Sequence record: OR062524
DNA from: Escherichia phage vB_EcoM_3A1_SA_NWU
Length of the DNA stretch: 64,000 bases
Strand: one strand, 5' to 3'
Shown here: piece by piece, positions 44,483 through 54,298 of the stretch
Layout of the letters: every line of letters starts with the position of its first letter
Position numbering within the stretch: the first letter of the stretch is position 1
Program-made: the position numbers and the translations under genes
The notes under the pieces: model-generated
Databases searched by the model: none
What the model was told of the DNA's origin: nothing
What the model saw: only the letters and a program-made list of their open reading frames with translations

Positions 44483-44955
44483 TGGCAGATTTAACTACGA
44501 TCAAAATTTCTGATCTTACACAAACAACCTCTGTGTCTGATACAGATTTCTTTGTAACAGATCAGGCTGGAATAACAAAGAAAACTTCTTTGAAAGTGCT
44601 GTTGAGTGGTGCAGGGGTAACTAGAAACCGTCTGAATGCACGGGGAACAGTAACTAGCACCTTGGCATTAGATATTAGTTCGGCAGAATATTTTTCAGCA
44701 ACTTTATCTTCTGCAACGTGCACAATTAGTTTTACTAATATTCCAGTAGCAACAAATGCAGTTTTAAACTTTACTTTAGCTTTGCGTCAAGGAAGTGGTG
44801 CAAATAAAGTCGTATGGCCTTCTTCTGTAAAATGGAGTTTTGGTCGTTCCCCAGTTTTGAGTTATCGTCAAGGTGCAACAGACACTTTTGAGTTTATCAG
44901 TTATGATAATGGAGCAACTTGGACAGGTAGCTTAGTTTTAGCAGGAGTTATTTAA
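44482..44955 (+). CDS. small tail-fibre-like protein with conserved N-terminal anchor motif
   Basis: 157 aa; N-terminus ISDLTQTTSVSDTDFFVTDQ resembles that of the 50002 gene. Confidence 0.4.
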   Translation: MADLTTIKISDLTQTTSVSDTDFFVTDQAGITKKTSLKVLLSGAGVTRNRLNARGTVTSTLALDISSAEYFSATLSSATCTISFTNIPVATNAVLNFTLALRQGSGANKVVWPSSVKWSFGRSPVLSYRQGATDTFEFISYDNGATWTGSLVLAGVI

Positions 44956-47831
44956 TGTCAAGAGTTAAGCACAATATTGACAACACGTTTCAGTTGATTG
45001 AAGGGTTGGTTCAGTTTTTGGAAAGAAATACTGGGCTTACCATAGATCCTACGGTTCAGCATTACATTATCAACCCACAAAACGTATTGGCGAACAACAG
45101 ACACTTTATTAACTGGACAGCGCAGGAAGGGCAACCAAACGGTGACGCTACTACCGAAGGTCAATCTGTGCTTATCACTGGTTTTGCTTATGCATATTTG
45201 GCTACAGGGGATAAAAAATATCTTGAATCTGCCGAGAAGTATTGGCAAGCCTATATAGATCACTTCTTCGGGGGCCAACCTATTCCTGATCCTCCGGCTA
45301 AATATCGTCCCAACTGGATCATCAATGGTAAAGAACCACGTTTAGCACATTACCCTCTCACAGATGATGGGTATCCTACGCACGGTGGGTTCAAAGGTAG
45401 CATGATGACTTGGATTAACGGAAGGACTGTTATTCCTAAAGGTGCGCCACACTGGGGAGAATACTTAGATAAAGCTTGGTTTGCTTTCAATGGTAATCTT
45501 GGTTGGAACTCTGTTAACGCAACAGTGTATGCAACTAACCCAGATGGTTCAACCAACTGGAAAGAATATGGAGATCAGTGGGACGTTGAATGGATTATAG
45601 ACCGTCTAGGACGTAAAGTTGATTGGGATGGTAACATTTTATCTACTGGTCATAGCTTTGCAGAATATGGAACAGTGCAACTTAAAAACGCTTCTGTGAA
45701 CGGTGACTATAAATTCAACTACGCTACATGCAACCCTGTAGAACACGGTGGGTATCTACTTAAACGTAATGAGATGTGGCATAACCGTCCTGTAAACGTT
45801 CCGGTAGAGTTAGGTTATCAAGATAATGCTTCCGATGCTGAAACGTGGTGGTGTGATGCAAACTACTTGATGTATCAGATCACAGGAGAGAGAAAATACT
45901 GGCTTTGCTGGCAATCTTCTTTATTGTTGTGTCAAGACTACTCAAACATCGATATGTTTGATAAATTCTTCCGTAGATCTACGACAGCAATAATTCCTTT
46001 TACAGATGGTATCTCGTATGATTACTCATACCCATCTACAGCAATACCTAAATATTCTCGTGACGAATTAGGATACACAGTAATTCGCCAAGATGTTTCA
46101 GCACAAACAACTCTAGAACAACAGGCAGTTTGGTTCAGAGTAGATCAGAATTCAAAACTGTGTATTGAGTTTCAAGGTGTAGATGATGCAGGGGAAGGTG
46201 TTCTTTTCCGTCCAGAGCTAGAATTAAGCAAAACTAAGAGTGAAACAGACACAGTGACATATCGTTGTGGCTTACCTCTTGGTGCAGCTAATATGACTAA
46301 GATGGATATACCTTTATCTAGTTTTATGCGCACCGAACCTCCTGGAGGTGGTGTATATATTATTGCTGAACCCAGAATTATTGTTGACTGGGGAAGCAAT
46401 ACTGTGATACAATATAAATATGCAACTGGTATTGCTGGGACAAATAGTGATCAGATAGTTTCTGCTAATATGGATTCAGATGGTGGTTTTACTGTTGGGT
46501 TTTGGTTAACACCAACTAAAACAGCCAATTTAAAATCTATTACGTATCGTTCATACACAGATGATTTTAACATCACTATTACGGATTCCGCAGGTTGGAG
46601 ATGGTGGGCCATGTTAGAAAAAACAAATTCTGCATGGGTTACTAAAGCTTTAAGTCCTGCCGATTTCAAATTAAGTACTTGGCAACCTAATCACGAAGAC
46701 ACAGAGGCAAAACCTTCGTCAATAAACCTGACTGCTGTTGATCAGATCAATATTGCATTGGATTCTGAACCTGCAAATGGCTTAACAGGGGCAATCGATT
46801 TTTATTGCGTTAACGATATCCCATCTTTGTATTCTTCAGCCACTGGTGATGATTACACAATGTATTTCAGGGTTACAGTTTCATCTGAAAATCCTTATAC
46901 AGCAAAACTTGGAGATTGTACAATACTGGACTACAAACTTAACAGTTTGAATTATACTCCAGGAATCATTCCATTTTCCAATATCAGTGATCCTAACACA
47001 GCCTTATATGACGGTTGGCGTGGTATTCCTTACCCAGGTTATCAATACCCATCCTTATATTGTTTTAAAGGGAGAGATATTGATTGGGTTCGTATGAACA
47101 ACAGTATAGACTTTTTATATGATTCACAAATGTGGTTTTATAATAAGTTTGCTCCTGTGATGCCTGGACCAATGGCACAAGCTTATGTTTGGGATCGTTG
47201 GGATGCTCATAAATATGGAAACAAAAATGAGTTCACAATGTATCATTGGAACGATAAAGCTTGGGATGGTTATGAAGCACGAGCATTCTTCTGTGCGTGT
47301 CATACGGTATACGAACTAAAGCGACGAGGAGCCGAAGTTCCTGAAAAACTTTTAACAGTTTGTAAAAACTGGATCAACTACCTGAAGTGGTTCCAAGATA
47401 ACAACGAAGGAAGAACACCAACAATATTTTATCCCAACGGAGAAGTGGCTGCGCCTGTAGATGACTTTACAAGTCACATGTCTGCGCTCTTTATGGCGGG
47501 ATGTGCTATAATGGGGATGGCTGGATATGATTCAGAAATCCCTAACATTAAAATAGTAGCAGACCGCTGTTTTGAACTTATTCAGGAAAACTATATTGTT
47601 CTTGGTCCTAATCACGTTATGAATGGTTGTTGGAGTGCTGCTCCTAGACCAGACAGTGATAACGGAGTCTTCTTTGGCTTCCACGCTGGAGAGTTGTTAC
47701 GTGGTTTTGGGTTGTATGCTTTATACAAAAAACTTAATCCCCAAAATGCATTACCTGTTTTGGATTCGAGCAATATTCCTGCACTTACTGTTTTGACAAT
47801 GGCAAACATTAGTGTGGACGTTACCGAGTAA
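44955..47831 (+). CDS. large tail-associated protein with glycosidase-like region
   Basis: 958 aa; segment GFAYAYLATGDKKYLESAEKYWQAY has the flavour of alpha/alpha-toroid glycosidases or epimerases. Confidence 0.35.
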   Translation: MSRVKHNIDNTFQLIEGLVQFLERNTGLTIDPTVQHYIINPQNVLANNRHFINWTAQEGQPNGDATTEGQSVLITGFAYAYLATGDKKYLESAEKYWQAYIDHFFGGQPIPDPPAKYRPNWIINGKEPRLAHYPLTDDGYPTHGGFKGSMMTWINGRTVIPKGAPHWGEYLDKAWFAFNGNLGWNSVNATVYATNPDGSTNWKEYGDQWDVEWIIDRLGRKVDWDGNILSTGHSFAEYGTVQLKNASVNGDYKFNYATCNPVEHGGYLLKRNEMWHNRPVNVPVELGYQDNASDAETWWCDANYLMYQITGERKYWLCWQSSLLLCQDYSNIDMFDKFFRRSTTAIIPFTDGISYDYSYPSTAIPKYSRDELGYTVIRQDVSAQTTLEQQAVWFRVDQNSKLCIEFQGVDDAGEGVLFRPELELSKTKSETDTVTYRCGLPLGAANMTKMDIPLSSFMRTEPPGGGVYIIAEPRIIVDWGSNTVIQYKYATGIAGTNSDQIVSANMDSDGGFTVGFWLTPTKTANLKSITYRSYTDDFNITITDSAGWRWWAMLEKTNSAWVTKALSPADFKLSTWQPNHEDTEAKPSSINLTAVDQINIALDSEPANGLTGAIDFYCVNDIPSLYSSATGDDYTMYFRVTVSSENPYTAKLGDCTILDYKLNSLNYTPGIIPFSNISDPNTALYDGWRGIPYPGYQYPSLYCFKGRDIDWVRMNNSIDFLYDSQMWFYNKFAPVMPGPMAQAYVWDRWDAHKYGNKNEFTMYHWNDKAWDGYEARAFFCACHTVYELKRRGAEVPEKLLTVCKNWINYLKWFQDNNEGRTPTIFYPNGEVAAPVDDFTSHMSALFMAGCAIMGMAGYDSEIPNIKIVADRCFELIQENYIVLGPNHVMNGCWSAAPRPDSDNGVFFGFHAGELLRGFGLYALYKKLNPQNALPVLDSSNIPALTVLTMANISVDVTE

Positions 47832-47839
47832 GGGGTAAA

Positions 47840-49993
47840 ATGAAACAAGCTATATTTACTGTCACGCGAGACAAGAGAGTAAATGCGAGTTCATTTAACT
47901 ACACGACTGTTGACGGAACAGCAGTCGCTGGTAGAGATTATATTGCAAAATCGGGAACACTTGTGTTCCCTGATGATGCTGATTCTGCTACTATTGTGGT
48001 TGAAGTATTTGAACGACCAAAGAACTCAATAGATCTTAACTTCTCCCTCCAAGTTTCAGGGATTAGTCAAAATAACATGATGGTTGAAACAACCATCAAT
48101 TGTATTATAACTACTATCCAAGAAAATACTACTCCAATAACTTGGACTACAAAAGACGTTAAAATGTTCTCTCCTATGTATTGGACAATAGATTCTCAAG
48201 CAACGGAAAGTTGTTCTATTGTATCTCATGGAGACTCTTTTACTGCAAGATTTGTAAACAGAACAACAGCAGGTTTGGCAGGGGTTATCTGGAGTACAGT
48301 TGACAAATATGACCATAAAGGTGTTGGGTATTTGCCTCACACAGATTTAAGTTCAGAGAAACTTTGGTTTAAAATGGAAATTAGTCAAAACATGCCAGGT
48401 TTTAAAGAAGAACCTTTGGTGCCGACTTTGACTGTAACTCTCCTGGATAAAAGTGTTCATTATGTCAGTTTAGGATTCTACGCTTCAGATATTTCAGAAG
48501 ATGGTAAAACAGCCACAATAAAGTTAGATTTTGGTAATATCTTTTCTGGCCCTAATAATGATATTCCTTTGGATATGAGTGCTGTAGATAATATTTTCTT
48601 CTCTTTGATTACAGCAAGGTATGAAGAAATAGAAGAGGTTGTACCTATTGGCAGTCAAGAGGCTTGGTTTACTTTCACTCTTCTTGAACCTACCTCTGGT
48701 TATAGTATGATGAAAGTCAGCAACCTTGTCCAGCCTGAACATGATATTCGCATGTGCACATCTTATGATGATATGTATAACCTGACTCCAGAGAGAGTTA
48801 TTTATAATACATATGCACTAGGTTATCGTGGAATGATTAACCATTACAACGGAATGTCTCACTATTATGAGTTCTCATGGAACGGAACATCTTGGGCTTT
48901 AAATAGATCTGTCTTCCTGAATCCAGCTACAGAAGCTTGGCTAAATAGTTTCCATTCTATAGCGAACGAGAAGGGTTACACAATAATGAACTCTTTAAGT
49001 TTTGAGTTGATGAGCACAGTTTGTCCTGTTGAATGGGTCCAGCATGATTGGAACGATGCTCTTGCAGCAACAGGGTATAAGCCTCCTAGTTACGTGTTGT
49101 CTCCAACTATTGACGAAGGCATGGAATATTTGCAAAATGTTATTAACAAAATAGCATCTATTTCTCAAGCTAACAATATTCCAGTCGTCATTCAAATTGG
49201 TGAACCTTGGTGGTGGTATAATACAGCAAGTAAAATGCCTTGTATATATGATTACACTACCAAACTAGCATTCAATACAGAAACAGGCTTATTTGCACAA
49301 GATGCAGGAACAATAGATAATTATAAAACAGGAACACCGTTTGACGAATACTATGCATTTTTGTCTCGTAAACTAGGATTAAGAGTTACAAAGTTTGCAA
49401 TAGACACTAGAGCAACTTATCCAGGAGCTAAAGTAACATTGCTTCCGTTCTTACCGTCAATTATTGGCAACGGTTTGATGGAGAAAGTTAACTTTCCGTC
49501 TGATTACTACATTCCTGAAACTTTTGATTTTTACTGTTCAGAGTGTTACGACTGGCTTCTGGAAGGTAAAATGATGAAAGCATTCGATGCAATTACCATA
49601 CCACATGAAAAATTAGGTTTTGAGTATTCTGATATTCACTATCTTTCGGGTTTTGTTCCAGATGCTACTCTTGCACCTTTGTATGGCTTCGATCCTGAAT
49701 CAAACTACCGTACGTATCTTTGGAAAATGATTATAGGTAATATAGTGTTGAACGCCAATAAGTTCAATGGGCTTACACAATATATATGGGCCTATCCTCA
49801 AATAATGCATGATTCCATCACGGTAGTTAATTCTCAATCCCAAGTTTTCTATATGGGTAATGTGCCTTTGAATTGTTATTTGCAAGATATCACTCTTAAA
49901 CAAGCAAATGTTGAGATTGCTACCATAAGTGGAATTACATTAGCTACTAAATCTGGAGAAGATTTAGTAACAACACAAAAATTTTATATATAG
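47840..49993 (+). CDS. tail-associated protein with N-terminal Calx-beta-like domain
   Basis: 717 aa; N-terminal FTVTRDKRVNASSFNYTTVDGTAVAGRDYIAKSGTLVFPDDADSATIVVEVFE fits the Calx-beta pattern. Confidence 0.4.
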   Translation: MKQAIFTVTRDKRVNASSFNYTTVDGTAVAGRDYIAKSGTLVFPDDADSATIVVEVFERPKNSIDLNFSLQVSGISQNNMMVETTINCIITTIQENTTPITWTTKDVKMFSPMYWTIDSQATESCSIVSHGDSFTARFVNRTTAGLAGVIWSTVDKYDHKGVGYLPHTDLSSEKLWFKMEISQNMPGFKEEPLVPTLTVTLLDKSVHYVSLGFYASDISEDGKTATIKLDFGNIFSGPNNDIPLDMSAVDNIFFSLITARYEEIEEVVPIGSQEAWFTFTLLEPTSGYSMMKVSNLVQPEHDIRMCTSYDDMYNLTPERVIYNTYALGYRGMINHYNGMSHYYEFSWNGTSWALNRSVFLNPATEAWLNSFHSIANEKGYTIMNSLSFELMSTVCPVEWVQHDWNDALAATGYKPPSYVLSPTIDEGMEYLQNVINKIASISQANNIPVVIQIGEPWWWYNTASKMPCIYDYTTKLAFNTETGLFAQDAGTIDNYKTGTPFDEYYAFLSRKLGLRVTKFAIDTRATYPGAKVTLLPFLPSIIGNGLMEKVNFPSDYYIPETFDFYCSECYDWLLEGKMMKAFDAITIPHEKLGFEYSDIHYLSGFVPDATLAPLYGFDPESNYRTYLWKMIIGNIVLNANKFNGLTQYIWAYPQIMHDSITVVNSQSQVFYMGNVPLNCYLQDITLKQANVEIATISGITLATKSGEDLVTTQKFYI

Positions 49994-50001
49994 GAGTAAA
50001 A

Positions 50002-51858
50002 ATGTCAACTACAATTACTAATTTACCCGAAACATCAAAAGTTAATGATTCTGATTACCTGGTTTTAGACCAACCTGATAAGACTGTTAAAAGCACAGTT
50101 TCCAACTTTCTTACTGACACTGGGGTGGTTTTAGCCACCCAGTTGAAAGATACAGATGGAGCAGATTTAATAGGACATAGAAACGCTACGGTTGGCACTA
50201 CTCTGGATTCAATTGCAGTCCACTCAGATCAATTTTCTACTATTCAGGAATGGGCATCATACCCAGCAAAGCACAAAACTTTAGCAGGCGGAACATATAC
50301 TCTGGACTCTACTCTTAGTGTGGAATGTGAATCACTGACCACTGAGGGTGTAGTCACTATAAATGCTTCTGGTTCATTCATCGCTATGTACTTTGGTACA
50401 AATCAGCGAGATTTACTAACCACTATTAGCTCTAATATTTCAAAAGGAATAACCAGTCTCTCTGTTGATGGTGTTCAGGAAGGAGATACTCTATGCTTTT
50501 ATAATCCTTCGGATTTTTCATGGTCTGGATACCGTAATTATTATCGTAGTGGAGAGTTTGTTAAGGTTGTTAGGTATTCGAATGGGATTGCATACTTCAA
50601 TGGGGGAACTAAAGCCGAATACCCATCAGGAACTCAAGTTTATAAACTAAAAACAAAAAAAGTTTCTGTCAGTGGGACTTTTATATTTAATTTTCCTTCA
50701 TATGATAAAACCGCCATGGGCATGCAATTCGAGCAGATAGCTGATAGTAACTTTGACAATCTCGTTGTCACATCTCACACTGCACCTTATGCTGCTCAGT
50801 TTAAACGTTGTTTCAATCTTACTGGCAAGGGAATGCGTCTTACACAGGAGTCTCCTTCTGTAAGTTTTGGCTTAGAATATGGCTGCTATATCTGCAATAG
50901 CCAGAATATTGATTTTGAAGGTATATTCTGTGCGGAGCGACACGCAGTAACTGTGACTGGTAATAATGAAATTTGCGGTATTGTTAACCGATCTATTAGT
51001 GTTAACGCCAGTGGTGGAGGTGCAATCATGACTACTGGACAGGGTGGGGTAGCGGCAGCAGACTGGCACGGAAACACCGAGAAGTGTAGGTATGGTGGAT
51101 ATATTCAGGGTCTTGCTTGTGGGGGTTCTAAAAACAGTGCATCTGGTGCCCATATTGACCACATACCTAATACTCCGGCATGGCCTAACATACTTGCTAC
51201 GGAACTGAAATCAATAGAGTTTGATTTAAGTGATATCCATGTTACCGGGGTGGGTGATCCATCTTCAGTGAACAGAGGTTGTATTGACTTTGGTGGTAAC
51301 TCTACCGCATTCGGAACTAATACCGTAGATCCTGGAACGCTGAACCTTTCGGGGGCCGTTATTGATTCTCCTGCAAGCGTATTGATTGAGATAAGAAACA
51401 GGGGTTCAGTAGCTGCTCACACCATAAATCTTAATGGAGTTACCGCCAATGCAGAGAGCGGTAAGCACACAGTCAGGATTGCGCCGGTTGGGGATGGTAT
51501 TTCTCCTTCAGATGTTTACATGGCAGGGTTTAAGATGCCTGCTGGTAGTATCTCACAGATAAACAATTTAGCATCAGTAAACGTACATGGGGTGTCCAAA
51601 AAAGGTAGATCTTCTATAACCATACCAAGTGGGTCCAGTTCTGCGGAGTTAACTATTCCTCTCGATTCTACTGTACTTGGTGCACCGAAATCGGTTCAAT
51701 TCAACCAGTCTGGTCTTGTTCCAGCATCGCAAGCAAGGGTTGTATTCTCTGAACGGACTTCGTCATCAACCGAGTTACGGGTTATCGTGGCGACAGCTAA
51801 CGGCAATACACTCTCAGCGGACCTTACTATACCGTTCTCATGGCGTGCAGATTGGTAA
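50002..51858 (+). CDS. tailspike-like protein (beta-helix) with fibre anchor N-terminus
   Basis: 618 aa; N-terminal anchor motif, Gly/Asn-rich repetitive beta-strand segments. Confidence 0.45.
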   Translation: MSTTITNLPETSKVNDSDYLVLDQPDKTVKSTVSNFLTDTGVVLATQLKDTDGADLIGHRNATVGTTLDSIAVHSDQFSTIQEWASYPAKHKTLAGGTYTLDSTLSVECESLTTEGVVTINASGSFIAMYFGTNQRDLLTTISSNISKGITSLSVDGVQEGDTLCFYNPSDFSWSGYRNYYRSGEFVKVVRYSNGIAYFNGGTKAEYPSGTQVYKLKTKKVSVSGTFIFNFPSYDKTAMGMQFEQIADSNFDNLVVTSHTAPYAAQFKRCFNLTGKGMRLTQESPSVSFGLEYGCYICNSQNIDFEGIFCAERHAVTVTGNNEICGIVNRSISVNASGGGAIMTTGQGGVAAADWHGNTEKCRYGGYIQGLACGGSKNSASGAHIDHIPNTPAWPNILATELKSIEFDLSDIHVTGVGDPSSVNRGCIDFGGNSTAFGTNTVDPGTLNLSGAVIDSPASVLIEIRNRGSVAAHTINLNGVTANAESGKHTVRIAPVGDGISPSDVYMAGFKMPAGSISQINNLASVNVHGVSKKGRSSITIPSGSSSAELTIPLDSTVLGAPKSVQFNQSGLVPASQARVVFSERTSSSTELRVIVATANGNTLSADLTIPFSWRADW

Positions 51859-51877
51859 ATATTTATACTAAAAACTA

Positions 51878-51900
51878 AGGCCTCAAACTGGGCCTTTATT
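51878..51900 (+). terminator. terminator-like hairpin (AGGCC-loop-GGCCT) plus T-rich tract
   Basis: aggcctcaaactgggcctttatt. Confidence 0.4.
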
Positions 51901-51927
51901 TATACATATAAGTAAGGAGAACGCACC

Positions 51928-52170
51928 ATGAGAAAGTTTTTAATCGGAATGTTTTGTACTTATCCAAACAACAAAATCAGTTCTACTAAAGTGTGGAACG
52001 CACTGGGAATGCTAACCATGACAGGCATGTTTATCTTTTTAGGAATAGAAAAAGAAATTCCTGAATGGATGGGTTGGGCTTTTGTTTTCATGATAACCCC
52101 TTCTCGCCTCATGAAAAATCTTATTGATTTACGTTGGGGCAGATCACAATCTACCAAAGAGGATGACTAA
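51928..52170 (+). CDS. small two-TM membrane protein (holin-like topology)
   Basis: 80 aa; two hydrophobic helices, charged C-terminus RSQSTKEDD; AAGGAG RBS. Confidence 0.45.
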   Translation: MRKFLIGMFCTYPNNKISSTKVWNALGMLTMTGMFIFLGIEKEIPEWMGWAFVFMITPSRLMKNLIDLRWGRSQSTKEDD

Positions 52171-53657
52171 TGGACGAATATGGTTTGACAGATGCGGGAT
52201 TTGTAATCCCGACTTTTGACGATGTTCTAAACAATTATATGACAGCAGTAAAAAACACATTTGGTGCAGATGCAGCCACTTCGGAAGATACTGTGATCGG
52301 ACAACTGTTTAGAATAATTGCATACACAGATTATACATTGTGGGAAGGTATGCAAGGTGTTTATAATACTCAAACACTGGATGGTGCAGAAGGTATTTAT
52401 CTTGACGAAATCTTTTCTAAACGCGGTTTCTATCGAGCAGGGGCAGCAGCAAGTACAGGTTATGCCTATGTTAAGAGTAATAACAAAGCAGCTTGGACTT
52501 ATGAGTTAGGCACGGATATTTACTTCAACTCTGATAGTGATATGAACTACTATGTTAGCACACCAACTATGTTGAATGCTAAGATTGCAGCTTATCAAAT
52601 CTCTCGTGCTAATGCAACTGCTACAGGTGTTCCAAATATTACTTTTTATGCACAAAGTGCGGTAGACGGAGGACTAAACAGTAAAACACTTGCACCTGGT
52701 TCTTCTACATTTATAACAGATCTTGAAACTTTTATCAAGGCGAATTTAACAGAAGCTGATCGTAGTCTTGTATTTTCTGATTCGGGTAACTTATCAGTTG
52801 GTTTTACTTCTTTAACCAGTGATACGCCAGTGGGACTGGTAACTCCCATTAAATTTTATGCTAGTGTTCCGGTTGGAACCAAGTGGAGTGAGATTCCGGT
52901 AGTTGCAGCAGAGAAAGGATACAATCCTGTTGGTGTGGAGTCTATTACAGGGATATCTTCTACCTTTACAGGTTATCTTGACAGTGGTAACTTCTATTCA
53001 TTTTCTCCTGGTCGAGATGTTGAGACAGACGCAGAATTCCGCTCTCGTTTCAATGACAACGTTGATGAAGCTAACGCAGGGACACGAGCAGCTATTGTGA
53101 AAGCTCTGCTACTTACAGATGGTGTTACTAAGGTGAAGATTTATGATAACCCTACGTTACATGATCAAGAACATGCTCCAGCTATGACTTTCCAGACTAT
53201 AGTTTATGGAGGGAGTGCTGAAGAAGTTGCTGAAGTTATTTACAAAACTAAACCAATCAACAGTTTGACACATGGAACAACCAACATAACTGTTACAACA
53301 GAAGACGGAGGACAAGAAATTATTCGTTTTTCTCCTGGTGCTTCTGCTACGTATTCCGTAAAACTTGTTTATCAAACTGTCAACGGAACAACTTTAAGTG
53401 GAACAGAAAAACAAAACATCGTAGAAGCTTTACAAAACCTGCAAGCTTACTTTGAGTTAGGTTCTTCAGTAACGAACGATCAAATCAAAGGTGTTATTTA
53501 TGCAGCACTTGCTTTTGGACGCTTGACTTCTCTTCGTGTTTATGTTAAACTTAATACTGAGGATGACAGTAAATATACAGAGAATAATATAGTTCCTGCT
53601 TATAATGTTGTCCCTTCTTTTGACCTTGATAACATTTCTTACGAGTATGGAGTGTAA
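52170..53657 (+). CDS. baseplate J-like protein
   Basis: 495 aa; N-terminal DEYGLTDAGFVIPTFDDVL pattern typical of baseplate J family. Confidence 0.5.
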   Translation: MDEYGLTDAGFVIPTFDDVLNNYMTAVKNTFGADAATSEDTVIGQLFRIIAYTDYTLWEGMQGVYNTQTLDGAEGIYLDEIFSKRGFYRAGAAASTGYAYVKSNNKAAWTYELGTDIYFNSDSDMNYYVSTPTMLNAKIAAYQISRANATATGVPNITFYAQSAVDGGLNSKTLAPGSSTFITDLETFIKANLTEADRSLVFSDSGNLSVGFTSLTSDTPVGLVTPIKFYASVPVGTKWSEIPVVAAEKGYNPVGVESITGISSTFTGYLDSGNFYSFSPGRDVETDAEFRSRFNDNVDEANAGTRAAIVKALLLTDGVTKVKIYDNPTLHDQEHAPAMTFQTIVYGGSAEEVAEVIYKTKPINSLTHGTTNITVTTEDGGQEIIRFSPGASATYSVKLVYQTVNGTTLSGTEKQNIVEALQNLQAYFELGSSVTNDQIKGVIYAALAFGRLTSLRVYVKLNTEDDSKYTENNIVPAYNVVPSFDLDNISYEYGV

Positions 53658-53659
53658 AA

Positions 53660-54289
53660 ATGGCAGTGAGTGTTGACCATGTAACAACTTGGGCCAGTAT
53701 CAATGAAGATGTTAAAAACCTTCTGATTGAAGATTTTAAATCTTCTCCTAACATTGTCAAGCTCCTCTACATCGTATCCAGTGAAAAGCAAAAGATAGAT
53801 CAGGCAATGATCTATCTTGCTAAACACCGCTTGATCTCTACAGCCACAGGCAAATACTTAGATATTCTAGGGGAAGAAATGGGGATCGAACGTAATGGCT
53901 CTGATGATGAAGAGTATAGAACAATATTAAAAATCAGGGCTTACCGCGTAGCCTCATCGGGGACTCGTGGTGACATAATTGATATCTTCGCCCGTTTCAC
54001 AGGAACAGAACGTGAAACGCTTAATACTTACGTAGGTTTGAATAAAACCTTCGATGTGTTTTTCTACAACCTGTGTCTTCAATCTGATCAAGCTTTAGAG
54101 CAGTTGCTAAGTGTTTTCCCTATTATTAGTAGCTACCGTCTTGGAGCAAAAGCAGGATCAGCTTTTGGTTTTAGTTCTTATTATGCTACCAAACCGCCTC
54201 ATGGTATTGGTGGTTTAGGTTCCCTGTACATGGAATCTACTGGGGATGAAACAGGACGCATGTGTACGCTTCTCAAGCAAATAGATTAA
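53660..54289 (+). CDS. baseplate/tail protein (putative)
   Basis: 209 aa. Confidence 0.4.
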   Translation: MAVSVDHVTTWASINEDVKNLLIEDFKSSPNIVKLLYIVSSEKQKIDQAMIYLAKHRLISTATGKYLDILGEEMGIERNGSDDEEYRTILKIRAYRVASSGTRGDIIDIFARFTGTERETLNTYVGLNKTFDVFFYNLCLQSDQALEQLLSVFPIISSYRLGAKAGSAFGFSSYYATKPPHGIGGLGSLYMESTGDETGRMCTLLKQID

Positions 54290-54298
54290 GGAGTTTAA

